Of a DNA stretch of 64,000 nt, positions 47,143 through 60,163 are shown piece by piece. The stretch is from Polyangiales bacterium (GTDB taxonomy: Bacteria > Myxococcota_A > Polyangia > Polyangiales > Polyangiaceae), in the NCBI GenBank assembly GCA_038230375.1, contig JBBRNJ010000050.1, forward strand, positions 1-64,000, in the 5' to 3' direction. Under the pieces are notes generated by a model. It saw nothing but the letters and a program-made list of their open reading frames with translations, was not told the DNA's origin and did no database searches. Each line of letters opens with the position of its first letter. Position 1 is the stretch's first letter. A program made the translations under genes and the position numbers.

Positions 47143-48480
47143 TCAATCCTTCGCTTCTAGCCGCTCGCGGCGCCGGAACCAGAAGTAGAGCGGCACCGCG
47201 AGCCCGAGCTCGAGCAGGGCGATGCCGCACTCCAGCGGCTTGCGGACGAGCATGGACACGCCGATCGCGCCGTTCGCGACCACATAGAGGAACGGCACCA
47301 CCGGGTAGCCCCACGCGCGGTAGCGGCGCTCGGCGTCCTTCTTCCGGAAGCGGAAGACGTAGAGCGCGCCGATGTCGGCGATCGTCGCGAGCACGATCGC
47401 GAACGTGGTGTGCTGGAGCACGTTCGGGAAGCTGCGCAAGATCAGCACCAGCGCGGACGCGATGCTTGCCTGGACCCAGATCGCGAACTTCGGCACGCGC
47501 GTGGCCGGATCGATCCGGAGCGCTGCCTTCCAGAACAGCTTGTCCTGCGCCATGGCGTAGAGGATGCGCGGGCCCGCGAGCACGTTCGCGTTCAGGCATC
47601 CGATCACGGAGACCGTGATGAGCGCGAAGATGAGCATTCCGCCCCATCCGCCGAACAGCGCTGTGCCCACGACGTCGATCGGGCTCTGATTGCCGTGCGC
47701 GAGCACGTCGACCGGCGCGGCGTAGAGGTAGGCGGCGGTCATGGCCACGTAGGTGAGACCGCACACGCCCAGGCCGATGAGCAGCGCGCGCGGCAGCGTT
47801 CGCTCCGGATCCTTCACCTCACCGGCCACGTACACGGACACGTTCCATCCGAGGTACGAGAAGAGGATCGGCGGCATGGCGGCAAGAAGGCCGGACGCGT
47901 GATCACCCGCGCCGGAGAGCAGCGGCGAGAGGTTTCCGATCTGACCGCGCCCCAGCACGGGGCCGAGCACGCAGATGACCAGCATGGCGAGCACCTTGAG
48001 ATAGGTGGTCGCATTCGCGACGAACGCGCTCGCCCGGATGCCCTGCGCGCTCGCAAGGCTGGTCAGCCAGATGATCGCAACGGCCACGATGGGAACGGCG
48101 CTGCCAGGAAGGTTGTATCTTCCACATATCGCCGACGAGAGCCCCACGGACAGCGTGGCGATGGTCCCCGTGAAGACCGCGACGAACGACAGCACCCCCA
48201 CGAGGAAACCCGCGATTGGATGGTAGGCCTCCCGGAGGTACACGTAGTCGCCGCCGGCCTGCGGGAACATCGCGCCAAGCTCCGCGTTCGCGAGCGCGCC
48301 CGCGAGCGACAGAACGAAGCCGAACATCCACGCCGCAAGCATCAGCCCGGGGTGAGGCAGTGCCCTTGCCACGTCCGCGGGGGTGAAGAAGATGCCGACG
48401 CCGATGACCGCCGAGATGACGAGCAACGTGGCATCGCGCAGGCCGAGCGCGCGGTGAAGACCGGGTCCGGAGGCGCTCAC
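47143..48480 (-). CDS. APC-family amino acid permease
   Basis: IGVGIFFTP, AELGAMFPQAGGDYVYL, FSYLGW, GEVKDPERTLPRA; ~12 TM helices. Confidence 0.95.
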   Translation of the reverse strand: MSASGPGLHRALGLRDATLLVISAVIGVGIFFTPADVARALPHPGLMLAAWMFGFVLSLAGALANAELGAMFPQAGGDYVYLREAYHPIAGFLVGVLSFVAVFTGTIATLSVGLSSAICGRYNLPGSAVPIVAVAIIWLTSLASAQGIRASAFVANATTYLKVLAMLVICVLGPVLGRGQIGNLSPLLSGAGDHASGLLAAMPPILFSYLGWNVSVYVAGEVKDPERTLPRALLIGLGVCGLTYVAMTAAYLYAAPVDVLAHGNQSPIDVVGTALFGGWGGMLIFALITVSVIGCLNANVLAGPRILYAMAQDKLFWKAALRIDPATRVPKFAIWVQASIASALVLILRSFPNVLQHTTFAIVLATIADIGALYVFRFRKKDAERRYRAWGYPVVPFLYVVANGAIGVSMLVRKPLECGIALLELGLAVPLYFWFRRRERLEAKD

Positions 48481-49469
48481 CAGAGCACGTCCTGATCCTC
48501 GATCATGCCGGGGACACCGAGCAGATCGATCTCGCGACCGTCGGCGGTGATGCGGCCGCGGAAGGTGCCCGTGGCCTGGATGAAGCGCGAGCGGATGACG
48601 CGCAGGTTCGTGAGCTCCTCGTGGCGAGCGCGCTCGTCGGCGTGGAGCTTCGTGTCGGCGCTCTCGATGCGCCACGGGGTCTGCGCGTCGCCGACATGGA
48701 TGACGGGCTCCGCGAGCGCGTGTGGCTCGCCGCCCGTCCATGCCGTGCACTCGAGCTCACCCACGAACCCAGAGACGAGGTTCATCGCGAACGGCTCGCC
48801 TGCCACGTCCTTGCCCATCGCGAACGCCCAGCGCCACGAGGTGTGGCGCGCCATCAGGCCCGACGTGTGGTCGTAGCCAAGGTGACCACCCGCTAGATCG
48901 AACGTGCGATCACCGACGGCGAGTGAGCCCGAGAGCGGCATGAGCACGCCCTTCTCCGTGACGTTCACGACGCCGTCGGGGATACGCGCGATGGCGGTCA
49001 TCTCCGGCATGGCTTGCTGCGCCTCCGCGCGCACCGAGAATCCGCGCAGCGAAGCAGTGACGCACATGCGCGTGGGCGAACGCTCGATGGTTGACTCGCC
49101 GAAGCGTGCGACGCGCTCCGGAGCATCCGAGCCAACCGGATGCACGCGGCACCCGAGCGGCCCGCCGAGGTCGCTTCCCTCGCCGAGCACCGCGCCGCTC
49201 TCCCGATCGAGCACGTAGTAGAAACGCTTGCTGGCATAGCCCAGGTGGACAATGGCGAAGGCGGCGACGAGCTCGTCGGTAATGAGTGCAATGTACACCC
49301 ATTTCTTCTGGGTGATGCGGCGCCGCAGGCGGCTGACCCGTTCACGGTCGAGCTCGGCGCGCGCGATCCTGCCGCGGTAGGAGCCGAAGGCGAATGCGCC
49401 GGTGTTCTCGTCGTACGCGGACGTAGGTGCAGGGCGGAGCGGGCGCACGGGTGCAAAACGTACACGCAA
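48477..49469 (-). CDS. DUF2804-family-like protein
   Basis: KKWVY, DHTSG...RHTSWRWA, PWRIES, F.Q..G.F.G, G..EDQ..LW C-terminus. Confidence 0.72.
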   Translation of the reverse strand: MRVRFAPVRPLRPAPTSAYDENTGAFAFGSYRGRIARAELDRERVSRLRRRITQKKWVYIALITDELVAAFAIVHLGYASKRFYYVLDRESGAVLGEGSDLGGPLGCRVHPVGSDAPERVARFGESTIERSPTRMCVTASLRGFSVRAEAQQAMPEMTAIARIPDGVVNVTEKGVLMPLSGSLAVGDRTFDLAGGHLGYDHTSGLMARHTSWRWAFAMGKDVAGEPFAMNLVSGFVGELECTAWTGGEPHALAEPVIHVGDAQTPWRIESADTKLHADERARHEELTNLRVIRSRFIQATGTFRGRITADGREIDLLGVPGMIEDQDVLW

Positions 49470-49546
49470 AACAGGGCGCCCATTCGAATTCGAGCGGGAG
49501 AAAGCCAGGAAAGACGGGATGAGGGATGGGGCTGGGCTGGGGAACG

Positions 49547-49612
49547 GATGGGTAGGAGATGGGTAGGAGATGGGTAGGAGATGGGTAGGAGATGGGTAGG
49601 AGATGGGTAAGA
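49547..49612 (+). repeat. 11-bp tandem repeat GATGGGTAGGA x5 plus one imperfect copy
   Basis: Direct read; lies in a divergent intergenic region. Confidence 0.97.
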
Positions 49613-49661
49613 GGCGGTTCGGTTAACGAAATCGTTGCGATGGGAGACGCGAGCGGGTTGA

Positions 49662-50249
49662 ATGGCGACTGTGATGTCACCTGCCACTGCCCTGTGGGCC
49701 GCTCTATCGCTGATGCTGATCGGCTGCGGACCGTCCACCCCGCAGACCAACGCGACGAGCCCCGGCACCACGAAGCCCGGCGCTCCCACGACTCCGGCCA
49801 AGGTCGAATCGTTCAATGTCGCGAACGACTCGCTCACCGTGGACAAGGTCGGCATGCGTGACGGCGAGCTCATACCCGACGGGTCCAAGGACCTCGTGTT
49901 CGAGGCCGTCGTGACTGGCTCGGTGACGCAGCTCTTCGTGTTCCAGACCAGCGACAACTGCAGTCCCTCGGGGGCGTTTCGCTCCGACACGCTGGTCGGC
50001 GCCCAGGAGGCGCCGAAGGAGCTCGGGGGAGATCTGGAGCTCGGCAAGCTCGCGCTCGGGATGGGCGTGATGGAGAACGGCAAGTTCATCAACCGCGAGG
50101 GCGGCAGCATTCCGACCCTCAGCCCAGAGCGTCACTCGCTGCGGCTTTACATCGGCAACACGAACTCGCTGCAAACGGGCACGCATGCCTGCTTGTTCGC
50201 GCTTCAGCCGGATGGCGTGCTCGTGAAGAGCGCGCCGCTGAACTTCTGA
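49662..50249 (+). CDS. Hypothetical lipoprotein
   Basis: Lipobox LIGC, P/T linker, beta-rich domain with two Cys. Confidence 0.82.
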   Translation: MATVMSPATALWAALSLMLIGCGPSTPQTNATSPGTTKPGAPTTPAKVESFNVANDSLTVDKVGMRDGELIPDGSKDLVFEAVVTGSVTQLFVFQTSDNCSPSGAFRSDTLVGAQEAPKELGGDLELGKLALGMGVMENGKFINREGGSIPTLSPERHSLRLYIGNTNSLQTGTHACLFALQPDGVLVKSAPLNF

Positions 50250-50270
50250 GAGAAGAGGCAACTTAGAACC

Positions 50271-50696
50271 ATGACCATGTCCCGTTGGAACGACGCCTGG
50301 CAACCCCTCTATGATGGCCTCACGCGTCTGAAGGCAGCCTGGCCGACACGTGGCTGGAGCTGGGATTCGCGGCTTGGGTGCGTGACGTCGAGCTTCACCA
50401 CGGAGCAAGAGCCAAAGGCCCGGACCGCCGCGCGCGAGATCCTGGTGAACGAATGGACCTCCACGACCCTCGCACGCGCGCCGCAGAACGTGCGCGACAT
50501 CGCGGAGCGCTCGGGCGGCGTGCGCGCCGGGCAGCTCGTGTTCTCGGCGGGTCCGTACAGCGGGCTCACCGCGTTTGGTCTCTGGTGGCCCTGGGGCGAT
50601 GGCGAGACCGTGAGTCTCCGCATCGGCCTGTGCGACGTCGACCCGGCGCGCGAGCCGCAGGTCCGGTTCCGTGACATCTTCGGAGTTGCGTTCTGA
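50271..50696 (+). CDS. Hypothetical protein
   Basis: Trp-rich globular ORF (WSWD.R, GLWWPWGDG.TVSLRIG) with an upstream purine-rich RBS-like tract. Confidence 0.78.
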   Translation: MTMSRWNDAWQPLYDGLTRLKAAWPTRGWSWDSRLGCVTSSFTTEQEPKARTAAREILVNEWTSTTLARAPQNVRDIAERSGGVRAGQLVFSAGPYSGLTAFGLWWPWGDGETVSLRIGLCDVDPAREPQVRFRDIFGVAF

Positions 50697-50728
50697 GACG
50701 GCCTCGCAGTTCAGACCAAACTGCAGCG

Positions 50729-51598
50729 TTACGCTTGGGTGGGGGTGAGGCGCTCGGCGACGCGGCCTGCTCCGAGGCTTCGGAGAAACTCGACGTCGCG
50801 GGGGCCCTTGTAGCGGAGATCTTCCGCCATCTCCTTGATGGGTACGTCGAAGCGTAGCGTTGCGAGCGTTCGGTAGAGGAACGCTTCGGTCTTGTCGGCG
50901 AGGAGCGTCTCGCGGAGGCGCGGTCCTCCTCGGACCTTGGTGGACCACGTGTCGGCGTTCGCGATCAGGTCCTCGAGCGTCGGGTGTGTGGCGAGGAGCG
51001 CTGCCACCGTCTTCTCGCCGAAGCCCTTGAGGCCGGGGATGCCGTCCGCGGTGTCGCCCACGAGCGCCAGGAAGTCCGGGACGCTCTCGGGTGCGTAGCC
51101 GCGCGTCTCCTTGAACGACGCCGCCGTCGTGCGCTTCTTGCGGATGCGATCGAGCTGCGAGACGTTCTCACCGACAAGCGCCTGCGCGAGATCCTTGTCT
51201 GGCGAACAGATGCAGACCTCGGCGCTCGGGTCCGACGCGTACATGCGTGCGGCGGTGCCGAGCGCGTCGTCGGCCTCGAACTCCTTCATGGACCACACGA
51301 CGAAGCCCGCGGCGTGGCACGCCTCCTCCACCAGATCGAACTGCGAGCGGAGCTCGGGCGGCACGCCCTCATCCGTCTTGTAGCCGTCGAAGAGATCGTT
51401 CCGGAACGACGTGATCGGGTTGTCGAACGCAATGGCAACGTGGGTCGCCGACTCCTCCATCGGGCCCATGAGCGCGCCAAGCGAGCTCACGACTCCGACG
51501 CTCGCGGTGACATCGCGGGTCCCATGTAGGACACGCGGACGCGGGGAAAAATGAGCCCGATACAGCTCGAACGTGCCATCGACGAGGTGGATACGCAT
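50729..51598 (-). CDS. Stand-alone 5'-3' exonuclease / flap endonuclease (PolI-like N-domain)
   Basis: LVDGT..LYRAHF, FRN.LF.GYK, EADD, SPDKDLAQ, LVGDTADGIPG..GFGEKT. Confidence 0.93.
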   Translation of the reverse strand: MRIHLVDGTFELYRAHFSPRPRVLHGTRDVTASVGVVSSLGALMGPMEESATHVAIAFDNPITSFRNDLFDGYKTDEGVPPELRSQFDLVEEACHAAGFVVWSMKEFEADDALGTAARMYASDPSAEVCICSPDKDLAQALVGENVSQLDRIRKKRTTAASFKETRGYAPESVPDFLALVGDTADGIPGLKGFGEKTVAALLATHPTLEDLIANADTWSTKVRGGPRLRETLLADKTEAFLYRTLATLRFDVPIKEMAEDLRYKGPRDVEFLRSLGAGRVAERLTPTQA

Positions 51599-51618
51599 AG
51601 TCGGCTCTTCTGATATCA

Positions 51619-53709
51619 TTGAAGCTCGGCGAGGAGGAAAGCCAGGCCTTGGCGGGAGAGCAGCAGCGAGGCACACAATCGAGGGTGGGCTCCCTCGTCC
51701 GGGGCAAGTACCGGATAGAGGCGTTCATCAGCAAAGGCTCGATGGCGGCCGTCTACGAGGCGTCCCACCGCAACGGGACCAAGGTTGCCTTGAAGGTCCT
51801 GCACGCCGTGTACTCGAAGGACGAGTCCCTCCGGACGCGCTTCCTCCGCGAAGGCTACCTCGCGAACTCCGTGGACCACCCCGGCACCGTGAAGATCGTC
51901 GACGACGACATCACGGAGGATGGCTGCGTCTTCCTTGTGATGGAGCTGCTCAAGGGCGACACGCTCGAGCAGTGGCGCGTGAAGTCGGGTGGACGCGCGC
52001 CGCTCGAAGAGGCACTGGCGGTCGCCGATCAGCTGCTGGCCGTGCTCGAGGCCGCGCACAAGAAGGGCATCGTCCACCGCGACCTCAAGCCGGAGAATGT
52101 CTTCGTCACCGAAGAGGGCACACTGAAGGTCCTCGACTGGGGCGTCGCAAACGTGTGGGACGGCCAGAAATCGAGCGAGATGACCGGCACCGGCATGGTG
52201 CTCGGCACGCCCGCGTTCATGCCTCCAGAGCAGGCACTGGGCAAGCGAAACGAGGTCGACGCTCAGAGCGATCTCTGGGCGATCGGCGCCACGCTCTTCA
52301 TGCTGCTGTCTGGCGAGTCCGTGCACCCCGGCGGTGACGCCGTGGCAAAGCTGGTCGCCACTGCGCGCAAGCCGGCGCGCTCGCTCGCCGTGGTCGCGCC
52401 AGAACTGCCCGCTGCCGTGGTCGCTGCCGTCGATCGCTCGCTCGCGTTCAAGAAGGTGGACCGCTTCGCGAACGCCACGGTGATGCGGCAAGCGTTTGCC
52501 GCGGCCATTCCCAAGGTCCGCCACTACGGCGACAGCCAGGACGACGAGCCCACGCTGTTCGGACGACACATGCCATCCGACGGCGAGCCGAACACGGAGC
52601 GGCACCTCCAGACGGCGAACGCGCACCACGAGGAGCACGGGCCCATCACCCTCGACCGCCCGACCGAGCGCGGTCGGCAGCAGAAGAAGGCCGAGAAGGA
52701 CTCCGTCCCGCCGCCGACCGAGATCCCGATGACACGCGCGCCGCACACCTCGCCCATGCCGCTCGCGGGGATCTCGATGCCCACGCCTGGCAGCGGCTTC
52801 GAGCCGCCCAGCAGCACAGCGCGCATGCCGCGCACCATTCCGCCGCATCCGTTCACGCAGACCGCGGCGCTGCCGGTGATGCGGGGCCCGATGAGCTCCA
52901 ATCCGGGCGGCGTGCAGAGCGTCGTGCCCGCGCATCATCCGATGTCGACTCCGCTGTCCAGCGCGCAGCCCATCCCCAGCATGCACGGCGCCGCTCCGGC
53001 CGCGCGCCCTCCGTACCACTCCGACATGCGCGTCGAGATGCGTTCGGACATGCGCTCCGACAACATTGCGCCGCCCGAGATCGCGCCCGCAGAGCTCGCA
53101 GGGATGCCGTTGCCGAACGATCTCGCGAACACCAGCGGCGCACATTCGCCCAGCGGACGTGGGAAAGGCGGGCTCGTCATCGCGCTCGTCGCTGTCGTCG
53201 TGCTCGTCGCGGGCGCAGGACTGGTCATTCAGAAGCGGCGCGCGGCTGGCATCGAGCCAGTCGCTGCGGTGCCGTCCGCGTTGCCTTCTGCATACACACC
53301 GACGCCCACCGGCGGTGAGCTCACCTTCGATCCCGTGAACCCTGGCGCGACCAATGGCGGCGCGAGCGCGGTGCCTGGCGGAAGCAACGCAGAGGCAGTT
53401 CAACCGCCCACGTCCGGAGCTGCCGATGCGGCTCCCGCCGTCAGCGTCGCGTCTCTCGAACCGAGGCCCAGGCCGAGGCCGCGACCCGTCGCACCGGCCG
53501 CGAGCTCCGCTCCCACGGATGAGAACCCCACTCCCCCCACGACGGCGACACCACCTTCCAGCGCAGGAACGGATCCAACGCCAACGCCGATACCGATACC
53601 GACACCGTCGGCGACCAGAGCCAAGACCGCGGAGCCCGCCAAGAGCGCGGAGCCTCCCACGACCATGCCCGAGAAGATCCCCGCGCTATTGCCGGACGAT
53701 CCGAACTAG
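51619..53709 (+). CDS. Membrane-anchored Ser/Thr protein kinase
   Basis: VALKVL, RFLRE, HRDLKPEN, DWG, GTPAFMPPEQ, DLWAIG; Pro-rich linker, TM, P/T-rich tail. Confidence 0.95.
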   Translation: MKLGEEESQALAGEQQRGTQSRVGSLVRGKYRIEAFISKGSMAAVYEASHRNGTKVALKVLHAVYSKDESLRTRFLREGYLANSVDHPGTVKIVDDDITEDGCVFLVMELLKGDTLEQWRVKSGGRAPLEEALAVADQLLAVLEAAHKKGIVHRDLKPENVFVTEEGTLKVLDWGVANVWDGQKSSEMTGTGMVLGTPAFMPPEQALGKRNEVDAQSDLWAIGATLFMLLSGESVHPGGDAVAKLVATARKPARSLAVVAPELPAAVVAAVDRSLAFKKVDRFANATVMRQAFAAAIPKVRHYGDSQDDEPTLFGRHMPSDGEPNTERHLQTANAHHEEHGPITLDRPTERGRQQKKAEKDSVPPPTEIPMTRAPHTSPMPLAGISMPTPGSGFEPPSSTARMPRTIPPHPFTQTAALPVMRGPMSSNPGGVQSVVPAHHPMSTPLSSAQPIPSMHGAAPAARPPYHSDMRVEMRSDMRSDNIAPPEIAPAELAGMPLPNDLANTSGAHSPSGRGKGGLVIALVAVVVLVAGAGLVIQKRRAAGIEPVAAVPSALPSAYTPTPTGGELTFDPVNPGATNGGASAVPGGSNAEAVQPPTSGAADAAPAVSVASLEPRPRPRPRPVAPAASSAPTDENPTPPTTATPPSSAGTDPTPTPIPIPTPSATRAKTAEPAKSAEPPTTMPEKIPALLPDDPN

Positions 53710-53725
53710 CCGAACAGGCGCCGGA

Positions 53726-54773
53726 CTACCGCCAACGGAATAGCCGGAGTGCCAATAGAAAAGAGCCGACTCCCCACGCCACCAGGATGGCGAGCGCGCG
53801 GAGCACCAGCGGCGAGAAGGCGGTGCCTTCGTTCATGATCTCGCGAAGGGCGTCGACCAGCGCGGTGAGCGGAAGTACGTCGATCACCTTGCGGATGCCA
53901 TCCGGATAGCGCCCCGTCGAGAAGAAGACGCCGGAGCCCAGGTACATGGGGAAGCTCACCACGTTGATGAGCCCGCTGACGATCTGCGGGTTCTCTGCAC
54001 GGCTCGAGAGCAAGAGCCCGAGCACGGAGAACGACAGCGCGCCCACGAGGCACACCAGCGCGAACACCACGATGCTGCCTTGCATCCGCACGCCGAAGGC
54101 CACGCGCGCGAAGATGAGCAGCGGCGGAAGCTCCACGATGAGCGAGAACGCGCGCACCACCAGGAACGACAGCAGGAGATCCGCGCGCTTCATCGGGGTG
54201 GCGACGAAGCGCTTCAGGAGCTTCCGCGTGCGCATCTCCGCGAGCGAGAAGCCCACGCCCCAGAGCCCGCTGGACATGAGCCCAAGCCCCACAAGCCCGG
54301 GGATGAGGAAGTCGATGTAGCGAGAGCCGACGGCGGTGACCTCATCGCTGTGCGGTGTGAAGGCGTCCTTGCGTCCGAGCCCGCGCTGGAGCGCGTCATC
54401 CACGAGGGCCTTCGCGAGGCGGCTCTCCGGTCGTGTGCTGTCGAGCCGGTACGTGGGCGGATCTGCCGGCACCACCACGAGGCTCACCTTGCCGGTCCGC
54501 AGCTGTGCATCCGCCTGCGACTCGGACAGCACGTCGGGCTTCCGCACGTCGGTGCTCTTCTCCAGGAGCTCCTGGATCATCACAGCGCGCGGACCTTCGA
54601 GCACCCCGCAGACCACCGGCTCCGGCTTCTGCGATCGGAACGCGATACCGAGCACGATGGAGAGCGCCATGGGGAAGCCAAATGTCCAGAACATGGTCCC
54701 GGGCTCGCGATAGAAGAGGCGCCATCGCATCATGGACAGCTGCCAGATGGAGCCGAGGCGGGCTTTCAGGGCG

Positions 54774-54781
<8 letters not shown>
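53726..54781 (-). CDS. ABC-2 type transporter permease
   Basis: REP..+FW.F.FP, YIDFLIPGL, LKRF.ATP, LPLT.LVDALR. Confidence 0.92.
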
Positions 54782-57459
<2,678 letters not shown>

Positions 57460-57468
57460 GCTTACGCT

Positions 57469-57888
57469 TCAGTAGTCGGCGGTCTTGTCGAGGAGGCTTG
57501 GTAGCTCGTTGGCCAGGCGCTTCTCCCACGTGAGGCTCTCGTCCTTGTGCTCGCCTGCGGGGAGCAGCTCTCGGTAGCGTGCGAGGCGCTTCTTTGCGTC
57601 CGCGATCGGCTCCTTCTTCGCCGCTGCGAGCACGGCGCTGAAGTAGGCGTCGTCCAGGGCGAACGCGTCCATCGTCTCCTCGACGCGGTTCTTCTCGACG
57701 GCTTGCTCGAGGTCCACGACGGCCTCAGCGTGACGTTCGAGGAGGTCGAGCGCGGTGCCGCGATCGAACCACGGCTCCGGGCCCAAGTTGCCGCCCTCGA
57801 TGTCGGCGGTGGCGGCCTTCACGGCCTCCGCGTAGTCGCCCCTGGCGATGTGTCCACTGGCGAAGCTCTTTCCGTAGGTCTGGCCCAT
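57469..57888 (-). CDS. TPR-like helical protein
   Basis: GDYAEAV..A, PWFDRG.A...L.R..EAV.DLE.A pattern. Confidence 0.7.
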   Translation of the reverse strand: MGQTYGKSFASGHIARGDYAEAVKAATADIEGGNLGPEPWFDRGTALDLLERHAEAVVDLEQAVEKNRVEETMDAFALDDAYFSAVLAAAKKEPIADAKKRLARYRELLPAGEHKDESLTWEKRLANELPSLLDKTADY

Positions 57889-57928
57889 AGGTCGGCTACG
57901 TACCAGGGATTCTTTGCTATGGCGAGGT

Positions 57929-58720
57929 ATGGCGAAAAACAAGCCTCCCGTCTCCAGCATCTTCATCACCGGCGCGGGCGCTGGGATCGGACGCGCCACA
58001 GCCGAACTCTTCGCAGAACGCGGCTGGTTGACCGGGCTCTTCGACGTGTCGCAGGAGGGCCTCGCGGTGACGCGCGATCGCCTGGGCGCGAACGCCGAGC
58101 GCTCCATGTCTGGCGTGCTCGACGTCACCGATCATGCCGCGTTCGAGCGCGCGCTTGCCCTGTTCGCCGAACGAACCGGCGGCGGGCTGGACGTCATGTT
58201 CAACTGCGCCGGGATCCTGCGAATGGGCTTGTTCGACGAGATACCGCTCGCGGACTACGAGCGGGAGCTTGCGATCAACGTCATGGGCGTCATCCGCGGA
58301 TGTCGCCTTGCTCTCCCCTACCTCGAGCGCGGCTCCTTGAAGCGCATCGTCAACATGTCGAGCGCGAGCGCCGTGTACGGCACCCCGGATCTGGCCGTGT
58401 ATTCTGCAACTAAATTCGCCGTGCGCGGCCTCACAGAGGCCCTTGACCTGGAGCTCGGACCACGCGGCATTCGCGTCACCGACGTGATGCCGGGCTACGT
58501 CAACACGGACATGGTCTCCTCGCAGACCTTCAAGCCGAAGTCGCTCGAGAGCCTCGGGGTGCACCTGGGTCCAGACGACGTGGCCAAGCGCGTATGGGAC
58601 GCCGCGCACGACAGCGCGGTCCACTACTTCCTGCAGAACGACGTAGCGCTACTCGACCGCGTGTCAGGCCTCATCCCGGGCCTCGGCCGCCGCGTGATGA
58701 AGAAATACTCGGGGAAATAA
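57929..58720 (+). CDS. Classical SDR oxidoreductase
   Basis: TGAGAGIG, NCAG, SSAS, YSATK. Confidence 0.95.
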   Translation: MAKNKPPVSSIFITGAGAGIGRATAELFAERGWLTGLFDVSQEGLAVTRDRLGANAERSMSGVLDVTDHAAFERALALFAERTGGGLDVMFNCAGILRMGLFDEIPLADYERELAINVMGVIRGCRLALPYLERGSLKRIVNMSSASAVYGTPDLAVYSATKFAVRGLTEALDLELGPRGIRVTDVMPGYVNTDMVSSQTFKPKSLESLGVHLGPDDVAKRVWDAAHDSAVHYFLQNDVALLDRVSGLIPGLGRRVMKKYSGK

Positions 58721-58723
58721 GGC

Positions 58724-60070
58724 TCACGTCGTCTCGAAGCGGAGGCGGGTGCGTCCGACGAGGATCTCGTCGCCCTTCACGAGCTCTTGCTCGCCCTTGA
58801 TGCGCACGAACACGCCCGTGCGTGAGCCAAGGTCCGAGAGGACGATGGTGCCCGCTTGCTCCTCGATGAGGCAGTGCTGATCGGCGACGAGCGGGTCGCC
58901 CGTGAAGACGAAGTCGCCGATGACGCTGCCGAGCTGCATCGTGGTGCCGCGCGCGACGACGCACGCGCCCTTCGTGCCGCCCTCGAAGATCTGCACGACG
59001 CGGAACGAGGACTCCCACTTGGGTGACGAATAGAAGTACGTGGGGCCGGGCGCCGGACCGTCGTCCGGGGCTGGGTTGCGCTCCACCGCGAGCAGCTGAT
59101 CGCCGACAATGAACTCGTCGCCGATCTCGACCTCGACCGGCTTGCGAATCCGGAAGAAGACGCCGTTGCCCTCCTCCATGTCGTGGAGGAACGCGCGACC
59201 GCCCTCCCACTTGATCATCGCCTCGCACGGGTGGCAGAAGCGCTCGCCATCCATCTGGATCTCGCCGCCACGGCCGATGATCGACTCGCGCTCCTTCGGC
59301 TCGTACTTTGCCGGACCGCCGGTCAGGCTGCGCGTGACGACCAGGCGGTACCGCGGTACGTCCTCGAGACGCTGCGACGCCGATACTTCCACCGGCATGC
59401 GATTCACGGAGGCGGCCTCGATGCGCGTCTCCTTCTTCGTGGCGATCTTCTGGACCTCGGTGCGCGGCGGCTCCTCGAGCGTAGTGATGCCGCCCATGGC
59501 TTTGCCTTCGATCACGAGATCGAAGGTGCCCTCGCGGAGCATCACCGCCATCTCCATGTGCTGGCCCTTCATGAGGGCGCGCACGTAGGCGGGGATGTCG
59601 GGGCGGTTCACCTCGGAGGCGTAGATTCGCTTGTGGCTCTTGATGATGCGCCCACCATCCGCGAAGAGGTGGGTGATGATGTGCGGCTTGTCGAGGCCCG
59701 AGTCTTCCGTCTGGATGTGGAAGAGCAAGGCCTTGTACTTCACGTTGTTGTTGAAGCCGACCTGCGCACGGATGAACGCCGGGCGCGCCATCTCCTTCTC
59801 GAGACGCGCGACCTCCTCAGGCTTGAACTTGGTGATGGCGGCGTCGAGGTCCTGCTGCGACCCGCTCTGCACGCCCTCCATGCGCTCGAACGCCTGTTTG
59901 GCGGCCTTCGAGCCGGGGTTGATACGCAGGGCCTCTGCCAGGAGCTCGTGGCCCTCGGTGTCGTTCTCGCCGTGGGTCGCCCAAGCGGACAGTAGCTCCA
60001 CGGCCTCTTCCGCTCGGGACTTCCCGACCAGCCACCGCGCGACTTTGAGAGCGCTCGCTCGTGAACCCAT
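58724..60070 (-). CDS. Double-FHA-domain protein with N-terminal TPR-like region
   Basis: Two FHA-like units (IIGR...NGVF.RI; LSDLGSRTGVFVRI..GDEILVG); middle domain GFNNNVKY...FHIQTEDSG. Confidence 0.85.
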   Translation of the reverse strand: MGSRASALKVARWLVGKSRAEEAVELLSAWATHGENDTEGHELLAEALRINPGSKAAKQAFERMEGVQSGSQQDLDAAITKFKPEEVARLEKEMARPAFIRAQVGFNNNVKYKALLFHIQTEDSGLDKPHIITHLFADGGRIIKSHKRIYASEVNRPDIPAYVRALMKGQHMEMAVMLREGTFDLVIEGKAMGGITTLEEPPRTEVQKIATKKETRIEAASVNRMPVEVSASQRLEDVPRYRLVVTRSLTGGPAKYEPKERESIIGRGGEIQMDGERFCHPCEAMIKWEGGRAFLHDMEEGNGVFFRIRKPVEVEIGDEFIVGDQLLAVERNPAPDDGPAPGPTYFYSSPKWESSFRVVQIFEGGTKGACVVARGTTMQLGSVIGDFVFTGDPLVADQHCLIEEQAGTIVLSDLGSRTGVFVRIKGEQELVKGDEILVGRTRLRFETT

Positions 60071-60163
60071 CTGACTCGTCCCATCATTGTAGACTTTGCG
60101 TCATTAGGGAAGATCCGCTTACAGTCTCGACGTTTTTCCGCCGTGCGCTAAGGAGAACAGGCA

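Noticed and set aside
49547..49612. CRISPR array or coding repeat
   Set aside because: Contiguous 11-mers without spacers. ORFs crossing it are low-complexity shadows.
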